Shown one piece after another: positions 27,711 through 40,690 of a stretch of 45,689 nucleotides of DNA. A program made the translations under genes and the position numbers. The DNA lies in the IMG/VR virus record IMGVR_UViG_2711768009_000006; one strand, written 5' to 3'. How positions within the stretch are numbered: position 1 is the first letter of the stretch; each line of letters begins with the position of its first letter. Source of the stretch: a virus. Taxonomy: Duplodnaviria; Heunggongvirae; Uroviricota; Caudoviricetes. The notes under the pieces were generated by a model. That model was not told the DNA's origin and made no database searches. It saw nothing but the letters and a program-made list of their open reading frames with translations.

Positions 27711-28022
27711 ATGAAAATTTATATTGCCGGGCCAATGACGGGATATGAGAACTTTAATCGTGACGCCTTTAATAAAGAGGCAGATCGTTTGTCACGACAT
27801 GGTCACTCTGTCTTGAATCCAGCCACTTTGCCTAATGGTCTGACACAACGTGAATACATGGATATTTGCTTTGCAATGCTTCGTTGTGCGGATGCTATTT
27901 TGATGCTTCCTGGCTGGAAAGCGTCTGCTGGAGCAACTGCTGAGTATCATTACGCATACAAGATGGAGATGCCGGTATTCACTACGCTGAATTACCCGCC
28001 AGCTTGTTCCTCTGCAGTATAA
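27711..28022 (+). CDS. Small Rossmann-like protein (nucleoside 2-deoxyribosyltransferase-like / DUF4406-type)
   Basis: MKIYIAGPMTGYENFN ... LMLPGWKASAGATAEY pattern typical of this phage-associated family (from memory). Confidence 0.55.
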   Translation: MKIYIAGPMTGYENFNRDAFNKEADRLSRHGHSVLNPATLPNGLTQREYMDICFAMLRCADAILMLPGWKASAGATAEYHYAYKMEMPVFTTLNYPPACSSAV

Positions 28023-28042
28023 AAATCTCTTTGTTTCTCGTG

Positions 28043-28058
28043 TGCGATCGTGGTCGCT
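28043..28058. promoter_or_regulatory. Degenerate centromere-like palindrome TGCGATCGTGGTCGCT
   Basis: Two mismatches relative to the other sites; 12 bp upstream of direct repeat A. Confidence 0.3.
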
Positions 28059-28069
28059 CGCTAAATTCC

Positions 28070-28280
28070 GCGCTGCATCGTCGCCGTATTCCCGCATTAA
28101 CTATGACCGTAGCCCGACGGGGAACTCCTCTGCGCGAGTGTGCGGAAATAATCAAAAACGATGCACACCGGGTTTTTACCGCGCTAATGATTCGCGGGTT
28201 TGTCCCTCATGCTCGCTAGTCCTGTGCGAGGGTGGAAGAAACAGGGCATGTATTCAGGAGCGTGCGACCGTGGTCGCACG
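28070..28280 (+). repeat. 211-bp direct repeat, copy A (left flank of the two-gene cassette)
   Basis: Aligns without indels to 29854-30064 with about 10 mismatches; ends in the centromere-like palindrome. Confidence 0.9.
28263..28278. promoter_or_regulatory. SopB-type centromere-like palindrome TGCGACCGTGGTCGCA (end of repeat A)
   Basis: 25 bp upstream of the cassette gene start codon. Confidence 0.6.
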
Positions 28281-28302
28281 GTATCTTTGTCAGGAGGTTT
28301 TG

Positions 28303-29163
28303 ATGAAAGAGTTGCAAAAAATTAATTCAATAATGGAACGATTAATTGCTCTTGAGCTTAAGCTGGCCGATTGCGGAAAACTGTGTGCTGAAAAGCAAAA
28401 TGAGCTTTACCGGGAATTTGTTACAATCGTAAGTGAGCTGATGCCAATTGTTAATAACTGCCTAATGACATCCATATTTTTTAATGTCGATGCTACTACA
28501 TCCAGAAAATTTACTGTGAAAATTCAAGAAAGAGTTTCTGGTAGTGTGACAAGAGAGATGGCTGAACAGTTTGTGGCAATGAGTAATAAAACAAAAAGAA
28601 AAAAGGCATTGCTTGTAACAGTAAATCAGCTTTCAGGGCGCGTTGACTTTCAGGTCAGACAGGGTGGGCGTGTACTGGTAAACGATGCGTTCGTTGGACG
28701 TTGCTTTAGTCCTTACTCGATGAAATATGATGTTGATGCAGATGATCAGGATATCAGCATTTCCTGGAAATCTGAGACAGCAGGGATTGTATTAACAGCA
28801 GAGTTGTTGAGTGATGATAAAAATGATGGCCAGCATCATTTGGACGAAAAAAATCATATTTCTGAAATTTGTATGAAGCCACGTAGTGGAATGACTTTAT
28901 TGTCGCGAACTCTTGCTGCTGGCTTTTCTGCAACGGAGAAACGTGTGCTTCTGGTAGTGCCTGAAGATGCAGATATTCGTCCACTGAATGGCTGTGATGT
29001 TATTAGTGCAAAAACATTGCATACCCGCATCATGCCTGTACCGGATGTGGTCATCATTGATGATATTGAGAAATGCAAGTCTGTTTCCTCAACTGCCACA
29101 ATCAAACGAATTTTACGTTGTAGCACGTCGGCTGTTGTATTCCAGAAGCAGTTACATAACTAA
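28303..29163 (+). CDS. Hypothetical cytoplasmic protein (286 aa), cassette gene 1
   Basis: ORF from the ATG with strong SD AGGAGG (MKELQKINSIMERLIALELK...); AT-rich codon usage unlike the lambda-like genes; no recognised motif. Confidence 0.6.
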   Translation: MKELQKINSIMERLIALELKLADCGKLCAEKQNELYREFVTIVSELMPIVNNCLMTSIFFNVDATTSRKFTVKIQERVSGSVTREMAEQFVAMSNKTKRKKALLVTVNQLSGRVDFQVRQGGRVLVNDAFVGRCFSPYSMKYDVDADDQDISISWKSETAGIVLTAELLSDDKNDGQHHLDEKNHISEICMKPRSGMTLLSRTLAAGFSATEKRVLLVVPEDADIRPLNGCDVISAKTLHTRIMPVPDVVIIDDIEKCKSVSSTATIKRILRCSTSAVVFQKQLHN

Positions 29164-29287
29164 CCAGTTTTGTTTTGCAGAACATCCTCAACTAAAAGCT
29201 TATAGAAAGAGAGCCAGAGATATTTTTTTTCTGTCTCTCGTAGTTGTTTATTTTTTCGAACAGGCTTACAACTTACAGGATATATAC

Positions 29288-29737
29288 ATGCAAGAAGAAG
29301 CAAAGAAAATTCTTGTTGATTTATTGAACAATGCCAGCGATGGAATTGATTCCGCCATTGCATTCAGTCAGGCTCAGATTCCGGATGTTGTTCATCAGTT
29401 GCTGGTATGGAATATAGTTGATAGCCTGATTAAAACATTAATAGCCATTTCAACAATCCCGCTGGTTATTTGGTTTATGAAGAAACAGTGCAAAAAAGTT
29501 GAAATTGGTAAGTTCGATAATGACGGACGCTCATGTGATAATGGACAGCCTAAATACAAACCGACTATGATTTGGGAAAGTGACGGTAGGTTAAGTGCTT
29601 TTGTCTTACCATTAGTAGCAGTTTTTATTCTATGGTTAAGTTTTATTATTTCTATAGTAGCCAATATGACATGGTTAAAAATCTGGCTGGCACCTAAGTT
29701 ATATCTAATCGAATACGCAGCATCACTAATTAAATAG
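29288..29737 (+). CDS. Hypothetical two-helix membrane protein (149 aa), cassette gene 2
   Basis: Internal ATG of track ORF 28988..29737; hydrophobic helices LIKTLIAISTIPLVIWFM and AFVLPLVAVFILWLSFIISIVANMTW; start choice uncertain. Confidence 0.5.
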   Translation: MQEEAKKILVDLLNNASDGIDSAIAFSQAQIPDVVHQLLVWNIVDSLIKTLIAISTIPLVIWFMKKQCKKVEIGKFDNDGRSCDNGQPKYKPTMIWESDGRLSAFVLPLVAVFILWLSFIISIVANMTWLKIWLAPKLYLIEYAASLIK

Positions 29738-29853
29738 CCCATTACAAAAGCCATTCGCTACTGAGTGGCTTTGATAATGGCTTATACCCTACACGGGATA
29801 ACTTAACTAATATCCCTTTTAACGGATAAAGGTATTCAAGCCTGACACATTAT

Positions 29854-30064
29854 GCGCTGCATCGTCGCCGTATTTCCGCATTAACTATGACCGTAGCCTG
29901 ACGGGGAACTCCTCTGCGCGAGTGTGTGGAAATAATCAAAAACGATGCATACCGGGTTTTTACAGCGCTAATGATTCGCGGGTTTGTCCCCCATGCTCGC
30001 CAGCTCTGTGCGGGGGTGGAAGAAACAGGGCATGTATTCAGGAGCGTGCGACCGTGGTCGCACG
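29854..30064 (+). repeat. 211-bp direct repeat, copy B (right flank of the two-gene cassette)
   Basis: About 95 percent identical to 28070-28280; ends in the centromere-like palindrome. Confidence 0.9.
30047..30062. promoter_or_regulatory. SopB-type centromere-like palindrome TGCGACCGTGGTCGCA (end of repeat B)
   Basis: Identical to the site at 28263-28278. Confidence 0.6.
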
Positions 30065-30119
30065 ACGCTGGTCTGTCAGACATTGAATTCATTGCGAATA
30101 AACCAGAACGCCTGCGGGT

Positions 30120-30334
30120 CCTTTCCGGCGATCCGGCAGGCTACGGGGCGGAAGGCGCGCGGGTTTTCGCTATTTATGAAAATTTTCCGGTTTAAGGCGT
30201 TTCCGTTCTTCTTCTCCGTAACTTCATGTTTTTATTTAAAACACCCCCTGAAAAGAAAGGAAACGACAGATGCTGAAAACGGGCTTTTTGGCCTTTGTCA
30301 TTTCCTTTCTCTGTTTTTGTCCGTGGAATGAACA
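30120..30334. other. cos packaging site (cosN plus lambda-like cosB) upstream of Nu1
   Basis: CGCGGGTTTTCGCTATTTATGAAAATTTTCCGGTTTAAGGCGTTTCCGTTCTTCTTC... matches the recalled lambda left end; putative cosN 12-mer GGGCGGAAGGCG at 30146-30157 (lambda is GGGCGGCGACCT). Confidence 0.75.
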
Positions 30335-30854
30335 ATGGAAGTCAACAAAAAGCAGCTGGCTGATATTTTCGGTGCGAGTATCCGTACCATTCAGAACTGG
30401 CAGGAGCAGGGAATGCCCGTTCTGCGAGGCGGTGGCAAGGGTAATGAGGTGCTTTATGATTCTGCCGCCGTCATAAAATGGTATGCCGAAAGGGATGCTG
30501 AAATTGAGAACGAAAAGCTGCGCCGGGAGGTTGAAGAACTGCGGCTGGCCAGCGAGGCAGATCTTCACCCCGGAACACTTGAATTTGAGCGCCATCGCCT
30601 GACTCGTGCTCAGGCGACGGCGCAGGAACTGAAAAATGCCAAAGAATCGGCTGAAGTGGTGGAAACCGCATTCTGTACTTTCGTGCTGTCGCGTATAGCA
30701 AGGGAAATATCCAGTATTCTCGACGGTATTCCTCTGTCGGTGCAGCGACGTTTTCCTGAGCTGGATAACCGGCATATTGATTTCCTGAAACGGGATATCA
30801 TCAAAGCCATGAACAAAGCAGCCGCGCTGGATGAACTGATACCGGGGTTGCTGA

Positions 30855-30880
<26 letters not shown>
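30335..30880 (+). CDS. Nu1: Terminase small subunit Nu1
   Basis: 181-aa ORF MEVNKKQLADIFGASIRTIQNWQEQGMPVLRGGGKGNEVLYDSAAVIKWYAERD..., near-identical to recalled lambda gpNu1. Confidence 0.95.
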
Positions 30881-34561
<3,681 letters not shown>

Positions 34562-34581
<20 letters not shown>

Positions 34582-35881
34582 TCTCCCGCATATTGCCAGC
34601 ATGGCCTTTAATGAGCCGCTGATGCTTGAACCCGCCTATGCGCGGGTTTTCTTTTGTGCGCTAGCAGGCCAGCTTGGGATCAGCCGCCTGACGGATGCGG
34701 TGTCCGGCGACAGCCTGACTGCCCAGGAGGCACCCGCGACGCTGGCATTATCCGGTGATGATGACGGACCACGACAGGCCCGCAGTTATCAGGTCATGAA
34801 CGGCATCGCCGTGCTGCCGGTGTCCGGCACGCTGGTCAGCCGGACGCGGGCGCTGCAGCCGTACTCGGGGATGACCGGTTACAACGGCATTATCGCCCGT
34901 CTGCAACAGGCTGCCAGCGACCCGATGGTGGACGGCATTCTGCTCGATATGGACACACCGGGCGGAATGGTGGCGGGAGCATTTGACTGCGCTGACATCA
35001 TCGCCCGTGTGCGTGACATAAAGCCGGTATGGGCGCTGGCCAACGACATGAACTGCAGTGCAGGTCAGCTGCTTGCCAGTGCCGCCTCCCGACGTCTGGT
35101 CACGCAGACCGCCCGGACAGGCTCCATCGGCGTCATGATGGCTCACAGTAATTACGGCGCTGCGCTGGAGAAACAGGGCGTGGAAATCACGCTGATTTAC
35201 AGCGGCAGCCATAAGGTGGATGGCAACCCCTACAGCCATCTACCGGATGACGTCCGGGAAACACTGCAGTCCCGGATGGATGCAACCCGCCGGATGTTTG
35301 CACAGAAGGTGTCGGCATATACCGGCCTGTCCGTGCAGGCTGTGCTGGATACCGAGGCTGCAGTGTACAGCGGTCAGGAGGCCATTAATGCCGGACTGGC
35401 TGATGAACTTGTCAACAGCACCGATGCGATCACCGTCATGCGTGATGCGCTGGATGCACGTAAATCCCGTCTCTCAGGAGGGCGAATGACCAAAGAGACT
35501 CAATCAACAACTGTTTCAGCCACTGCTTTGCAGGCTGACGTTACTGACGTGGTGCCAGCGACGGAGGGTGAAAACGCCAGCGCGGCGCAGCCGGACGTGA
35601 ACGCGCAGATCACCGCAGCGGTTGCGGCAGAAAACAGCCGCATTATGGGGATCCTCAACTGTGAGGAGGCTCACGGACGCGAAGAACAGGCTCGCGTGCT
35701 GGCAGAAACTCCCGGTATGACCGTGGAAACGGCCCGCCGAATTCTGGCCGCAGCACCACAGAGTGCACAGGCGCGCAGTGACACTGCGCTGGATCGTCTG
35801 ATGCAGGGGGCACCGGCACCGCTGGCTGCAGGTAACCCGGCATCTGATGCCGTTAACGATTTGCTGAACACACCAGTGTAA
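34562..35881 (+). CDS. C: Head maturation protease / scaffold C
   Basis: GTG start overlapping the B end by 20 nt, as in lambda; 439 aa. Confidence 0.9.
35276..35881 (+). CDS. Nu3: Scaffolding protein Nu3 (in-frame internal start within C)
   Basis: In-frame ATG 714 nt into C, matching the lambda C/Nu3 nested arrangement; MDATRRMFAQKVSAYTG... Confidence 0.8.
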   Translation: MDATRRMFAQKVSAYTGLSVQAVLDTEAAVYSGQEAINAGLADELVNSTDAITVMRDALDARKSRLSGGRMTKETQSTTVSATALQADVTDVVPATEGENASAAQPDVNAQITAAVAAENSRIMGILNCEEAHGREEQARVLAETPGMTVETARRILAAAPQSAQARSDTALDRLMQGAPAPLAAGNPASDAVNDLLNTPV

Positions 35882-35890
35882 GGGATGTTT

Positions 35891-36223
35891 ATGACGAGCA
35901 AAGAAACCTTTACCCATTACCAGCCGCTGGGCAACAGTGACCCGGCTCATACCGCAACCGCGCCCGGCGGATTGAGTGCGAAAGCGCCTGCAATGACCCC
36001 GCTGATGCTGGACACCGCCACCCGTAAGCTGGTTGCGTGGGATGGCACCACCGACGGTGCTGCCGTTGGCATTCTTGCAGTTGCTGCTGACCAGACCAGC
36101 ACCACGCTGACGTTCTACAAGTCCGGCACGTTCCGTTATGAGGATGTGCTCTGGCCGGAGGCTGCCAGCGACGAGACGAAAAAACGGACCGCGTTTGCCG
36201 GAACGGCAATCAGCATCGTTTAA
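35891..36223 (+). CDS. D: Head decoration protein D
   Basis: 110-aa [27 protein letters not shown]..., near-identical to recalled lambda gpD. Confidence 0.93.
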   Translation: MTSKETFTHYQPLGNSDPAHTATAPGGLSAKAPAMTPLMLDTATRKLVAWDGTTDGAAVGILAVAADQTSTTLTFYKSGTFRYEDVLWPEAASDETKKRTAFAGTAISIV

Positions 36224-36278
36224 CCTTACCCTTCATCACTAAAGGCCGCCTGTGCGGCTTTTTTTACGGGATTTTTTT

Positions 36279-37304
36279 ATGTCGATGTACACAACCGCCC
36301 AGCTGCTGGCGGCAAATGAGCAGAAATTTAAGTTTGATCCGCTGTTTCTGCGTCTCTTTTTCCGTGAGAGCTATCCCTTCACCACGGAGAAAGTCTATCT
36401 CTCACAAATTCCGGGACTGGTAAACATGGCGCTGTACGTTTCGCCGATTGTTTCCGGTGAGGTTATCCGTTCCCGTGGCGGCTCCACCTCTGAATTTACG
36501 CCGGGATATGTCAAACCCAAGCATGAGGTGAATCCGCAGATGACCCTGCGTCGCCTGCCGGATGAAGATCCACAGAATCTGGCGGATCCGGCTTACCGTC
36601 GCCGTCGCATCATCATGCAGAACATGCGTGACGAAGAGCTGGCCATTGCCCAGGTCGAAGAGATGCAGGCAGTTTCTGCCGTGCTCAAGGGCAAATACAC
36701 CATGACCGGTGAAGCCTTCGATCCGGTTGAGGTGGATATGGGCCGCAGTGCGGCGAACAACATCACGCAGTCCGGCGGTACGGAGTGGAGCAAGCGTGAC
36801 AAGTCCACGTATGACCCGACCGACGATATCGAAGCCTACGCGCTGAACGCCAGCGGTGTGGTGAATATCATCGTGTTCGATCCGAAAGGCTGGGCGCTGT
36901 TCCGTTCCTTCAAAGCCGTCAAGGAGAAGCTGGATACCCGTCGCGGCTCTAATTCCGAGCTGGAGACTGCGGTAAAAGACCTGGGCGAAGCGGTGTCCTA
37001 TAAGGGGATGTATGGCGATACGGCGATCGTCGTGTATTCCGGACAGTACGTGGAAAACGACGTCAAAAAGAACTTCCTGCCGGACAACACGATGGTGCTG
37101 GGGAACACTCAGGCACGCGGTCTGCGCACCTATGGCTGCATTCAGGATGCGGACGCACAGCGCGAAGGTATTAACGCCTCTGCCCGCTACCCGAAAAACT
37201 GGGTGACCACCGGCGATCCGGCGCGTGAGTTCACCATGATTCAGTCAGCACCGCTGATGCTGCTGGCTGACCCTGATGCGTTCGTGTCCGTACAACTGGC
37301 GTAA
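36279..37304 (+). CDS. E: Major capsid protein E
   Basis: 341-aa MSMYTTAQLLAANEQKFKFDPLFLRLFFRESYPF..., near-identical to recalled lambda gpE. Confidence 0.96.
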   Translation: MSMYTTAQLLAANEQKFKFDPLFLRLFFRESYPFTTEKVYLSQIPGLVNMALYVSPIVSGEVIRSRGGSTSEFTPGYVKPKHEVNPQMTLRRLPDEDPQNLADPAYRRRRIIMQNMRDEELAIAQVEEMQAVSAVLKGKYTMTGEAFDPVEVDMGRSAANNITQSGGTEWSKRDKSTYDPTDDIEAYALNASGVVNIIVFDPKGWALFRSFKAVKEKLDTRRGSNSELETAVKDLGEAVSYKGMYGDTAIVVYSGQYVENDVKKNFLPDNTMVLGNTQARGLRTYGCIQDADAQREGINASARYPKNWVTTGDPAREFTMIQSAPLMLLADPDAFVSVQLA

Positions 37305-37345
37305 TCATGGCCCTTCGGGGCCATTTTCTCTCTGTGGAGGAGTCC

Positions 37346-37741
37346 ATGACGAAAGATGAACTGATTGCCCGTCTTCAGGTGCTGGGTGAGCAACTGAACC
37401 GTGATGTCAGCCTGACGGGGACGAAAGAAGAACTGGCACTCCGTGTGGCAGAGCTGGAAGAGGAGCTTAATGACACGGATGACGCTGCCGGTCAGGACAC
37501 ATCTGTCAGCCCGGAAAATGCGCTGACCGGGCATGAAAATGAGTTGGTATCAGCGCAGCCGGATACCGTGACTGATACGGCTGATCTGGTCACGGTTGTG
37601 GCACTGGTGACGCTGCATACTGATGCACTTCACGCCACGCGGGATGAGGCTGTGGCATTTGTGCTGCCGGGAACGGCGTTCCGTGTCTCTGCCGGTGTGG
37701 CAGTTGAAATGACAGAGCGCGGCCTGGCCAGAATGCAATAA
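37346..37741 (+). CDS. FI: DNA packaging protein FI
   Basis: MTKDELIARLQVLGEQLNRDVSLTGTKEELALRVAEL... preceded by SD GGAGG. Confidence 0.9.
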   Translation: MTKDELIARLQVLGEQLNRDVSLTGTKEELALRVAELEEELNDTDDAAGQDTSVSPENALTGHENELVSAQPDTVTDTADLVTVVALVTLHTDALHATRDEAVAFVLPGTAFRVSAGVAVEMTERGLARMQ

Positions 37742-37752
37742 CGGGAGGCGCT

Positions 37753-38106
37753 GTGGCTGATTTCGATAATCTGTTCGATGCTGCCATTGCCCGCGCCGAT
37801 GAAACGATACGCGGGTACATGGGAACGTCAGCCACCATGACATCCGGTGAGCAGTCCGGTGCTGTGATACGTGGTGTTTTTGATGACCCTGAAAATATCA
37901 GCTATGCCGGACCGGGCGTGCGCGTTGAAGGCTCCAGCCCGTCCCTGTTTGTCCGGACTGATGATGTGCGGCAGCTGCGGCGCGGCGACACGCTGACCAT
38001 CGGTGAGGAAAACTTCTGGATAGACCGGATTTCGCCGGATGATGGCGGAAGCTGTCATCTCTGGCTTGGGCGGGGCGTACCGCCTGCCGTTAACCGTCGC
38101 CGCTGA
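37753..38106 (+). CDS. FII: Head-tail connector protein FII
   Basis: 117-aa MADFDNLFDAAIARADETIRGYMG..., lambda gpFII-like. Confidence 0.92.
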   Translation: MADFDNLFDAAIARADETIRGYMGTSATMTSGEQSGAVIRGVFDDPENISYAGPGVRVEGSSPSLFVRTDDVRQLRRGDTLTIGEENFWIDRISPDDGGSCHLWLGRGVPPAVNRRR

Positions 38107-38117
38107 AAGGGGGATGT

Positions 38118-38696
38118 ATGGCCATAAAAGGTCTTGAGCAGGCCGTTGAAAACCTCAGCCGTATCAGCAGAACGGCGGTGCCCGGTGCTGCCGCAATGGC
38201 CATTAACCGCGTTGCTTCATCCGCGATATCGCAGTCGGCGTCACAGGTTGCCCGTGAGACAAAGGTACGCCGGAAACTGGTAAAGGAAAGGGCCAGGCTG
38301 AAAAGGGCTACGGTCAAAAATCCGCAGGCCAGAATCAAGGTTAACCGGGGGGATTTGCCCGTAATAAAGCTGGGTAACGCGCGGATTGTCCTGTCCCGAC
38401 GCAGGCGTCGTAAAAAGGGGCAGCGTTCAGCCCTGAAAGGTGGCGGCAGCGTGCTTGTGGTGGGTAACCGTCGTATTCCCGGCGCGTTTATTCAGCAACT
38501 GAAAAATGGCCGGTGGCATGTCATGCAGCGTGTGGCCGGGAAAAACCGTTACCCCATTGATGTGGTGAAAATCCCGATGGCGGTGCCGCTGACCACGGCG
38601 TTTAAACAAAATATTGAGCGGATACGGCGTGAACGTCTTCCGAAAGAGCTGGGCTATGCGCTGCAGCATCAACTGAGGATGGTAATAAAGCGATGA
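38118..38696 (+). CDS. Z: Tail completion protein Z
   Basis: 192-aa ORF in the lambda position. Confidence 0.92.
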   Translation: MAIKGLEQAVENLSRISRTAVPGAAAMAINRVASSAISQSASQVARETKVRRKLVKERARLKRATVKNPQARIKVNRGDLPVIKLGNARIVLSRRRRRKKGQRSALKGGGSVLVVGNRRIPGAFIQQLKNGRWHVMQRVAGKNRYPIDVVKIPMAVPLTTAFKQNIERIRRERLPKELGYALQHQLRMVIKR

Positions 38697-39088
38697 AACA
38701 TACTGAACTCCGTGCAGCCGTACTGGATGCACTGGAGAAGCATGACACCGGGGCGACGTTTTTTGATGGTCGCCCCGCTGTTTTTGATGAGGCGGATTTT
38801 CCGGCAGTTGCCGTTTATCTCACCGGCGCTGAATACACGGGCGAAGAGCTGGACAGCGATACCTGGCAGGCGGAGCTGCATATCGAAGTTTTCCTGCCTG
38901 CTCAGGTGCCGGATTCAGAGCTGGATGCGTGGATGGAGTCCCGGATTTATCCGGTGATGAGTGATATCCCGGCACTGTCAGATTTGATCACCAGTATGGT
39001 GGCCAGCGGCTATGACTACCGGCGCGACGATGATGCGGGCCTGTGGAGTTCAGCCGATCTGACTTATGTCATTACCTATGAAATGTGA
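38693..39088 (+). CDS. U: Tail terminator protein U
   Basis: 131-aa ORF in the lambda position; overlaps the Z stop. Confidence 0.92.
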   Translation: MKHTELRAAVLDALEKHDTGATFFDGRPAVFDEADFPAVAVYLTGAEYTGEELDSDTWQAELHIEVFLPAQVPDSELDAWMESRIYPVMSDIPALSDLITSMVASGYDYRRDDDAGLWSSADLTYVITYEM

Positions 39089-39095
39089 GGACGCT

Positions 39096-39836
39096 ATGCC
39101 TGTACCAAATCCTACAATGCCGGTGAAAGGTGCCGGGACCACACTGTGGGTTTATAAGGGGAACGGTGACCCTTATGCGAACCCGCTTTCAAACGTTGAC
39201 TGGTCGCGTCTGGCTAAAGTTAAAGACCTGACGCCCGGCGAACTGACCGCTGAGTCCTATGACGACAGCTATCTCGATGATGAAGATGCGGACTGGACTG
39301 CGACCGGGCAGGGGCAGAAATCTGCCGGAGATACCAGCTTCACGCTGGCGTGGATGCCCGGAGAGCAGGGGCAGCAGGCGCTGCTGGCGTGGTTTAATGA
39401 AGGGGATACCCGTGCCTATAAAATCCGCTTCCCGAACGGCACGGTCGATGTGTTCCGCGGCTGGGTCAGCAGTATCGGTAAGGCGGTGACGGCGAAGGAA
39501 GTGATCACCCGCACGGTGAAAGTCACCAACGTGGGACGTCCGTCGATGGCAGAAGATCGCAGCACGGTAACAGCGGCAACCGGTATGACTGTGACGCCTG
39601 CCAGCACTTCGGTGGTGAAAGGGCAGAGCACCACGCTGACCGTGGCATTCCAGCCGGAAGGCGCAACCGACAAGAGCTTCCGTGCGGTGTCAGCGGATAA
39701 AACAAAAGCCACCGTGTCGGTCAGTGGTATGACCATCACCGTGAAAGGTGTTGCTGCAGGCAAGGTCAACATTCCGGTTGTATCCGGTAATGGTGAACTT
39801 GCTGTGGTTGCAGAAATCACCGTCACCGACAGTTAA
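39096..39836 (+). CDS. V: Major tail tube protein V
   Basis: 246-aa [22 protein letters not shown]..., lambda gpV-like; SD GAGGA. Confidence 0.95.
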   Translation: MPVPNPTMPVKGAGTTLWVYKGNGDPYANPLSNVDWSRLAKVKDLTPGELTAESYDDSYLDDEDADWTATGQGQKSAGDTSFTLAWMPGEQGQQALLAWFNEGDTRAYKIRFPNGTVDVFRGWVSSIGKAVTAKEVITRTVKVTNVGRPSMAEDRSTVTAATGMTVTPASTSVVKGQSTTLTVAFQPEGATDKSFRAVSADKTKATVSVSGMTITVKGVAAGKVNIPVVSGNGELAVVAEITVTDS

Positions 39837-39851
39837 TCCGGAGAGTCAGCG

Positions 39852-40274
39852 ATGTTCCTGAAAACCGAATCATTTGAATATAACGGTGTGAGCGTCACGC
39901 TTTCTGAACTGTCAGCCCTGCAGCGAATTGAGCATCTCGCCCTGCTGAAACGACAGGCAGAACAGGCGGGATCCAGTCTCAATCGACAGGTGAGCGTGGA
40001 AGATCTCGTCAGAACCGGTGCTTTTCTGGTGGCGATGTCCCTGTGGCATAGCCATCCGCAGAAGACAAAGCTGCCGTCCATGAATGAAGCCGTTAAACAA
40101 ATTGAGCAGGAAGTGCTTACCACCTGGCCCACAGAGGCAATTGCTCAGGCTGAAAATGTGGTAATGCGTCTGTCCGGTATGTCTGAGTTTGTTGTGAATG
40201 ATGCACCTGAACAGGCAGAGGACGCCGGGCCTGCAGAGCCTGTTTCTGCGGGAAAGTGTTCGACGGTGAGCTGA
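39852..40274 (+). CDS. G: Tail assembly chaperone G
   Basis: 140-aa MFLKTESFEYNGVSVTLSELSALQRIEHL..., lambda gpG-like. Confidence 0.92.
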   Translation: MFLKTESFEYNGVSVTLSELSALQRIEHLALLKRQAEQAGSSLNRQVSVEDLVRTGAFLVAMSLWHSHPQKTKLPSMNEAVKQIEQEVLTTWPTEAIAQAENVVMRLSGMSEFVVNDAPEQAEDAGPAEPVSAGKCSTVS

Positions 40275-40690
40275 GTTTTGCCCTGAAACTGGCGCGTGAG
40301 ATGGGGCGACCCGACTGGCGCGCCATGCTTGCCGGGATGTCATCCACGGAGTATGCCGACTGGCACCGCTTTTACAGTACCCATTATTTTCATGATGTTC
40401 TGCTGGATATGCACTTTTCCGGGCTGACGTACACCGTGCTCAGCCTGTTTTTCAGCGATCCGGATATGCATCCGCTGGATTTCAGTCTGCTGAACCGGCG
40501 CGAGGCTGACGAAGAGCCTGAAGATGATGTGCTGATGCAGAAAGCGGCAGGGCTTGCCGGAGGTGTCCGCTTTGGCCCGGACGGGAATGAAGTTATCCCC
40601 GCTTCCCCGGATGTGGCGGACATGACGGAGGATGACGTAATGCTGATGACAGTATCAGAAGGGATCGCAGGAGGAGTCCGGTATGGCTGA
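39852..40690 (+). CDS. T: Tail assembly chaperone G-T fusion made by programmed -1 frameshift
   Basis: Slippery heptamer GGGAAAG at 40250-40256 near the G 3' end; the T reading frame (40256..40690) continues in the -1 frame, as in lambda. Confidence 0.8.
40250..40256 (+). other. Programmed -1 ribosomal frameshift slippery site (G GGA AAG)
   Basis: Heptamer in the G reading frame at the conserved position. Confidence 0.75.

Noticed and set aside
28004-28302. Reading frames running through the 211-bp repeats (28042..29163 N-terminal extension; 29926..30195; 29984..30331; 29850..30092 minus)
   Set aside because: Frames are not conserved between the two repeat copies and lack SD; the cassette gene has a strong SD at its internal ATG (28303).
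36241-36265. GC hairpin with T-run between D and E as a terminator
   Set aside because: D and E are co-expressed late genes; the hairpin is present but full termination here is unlikely, so it is not listed as a feature.
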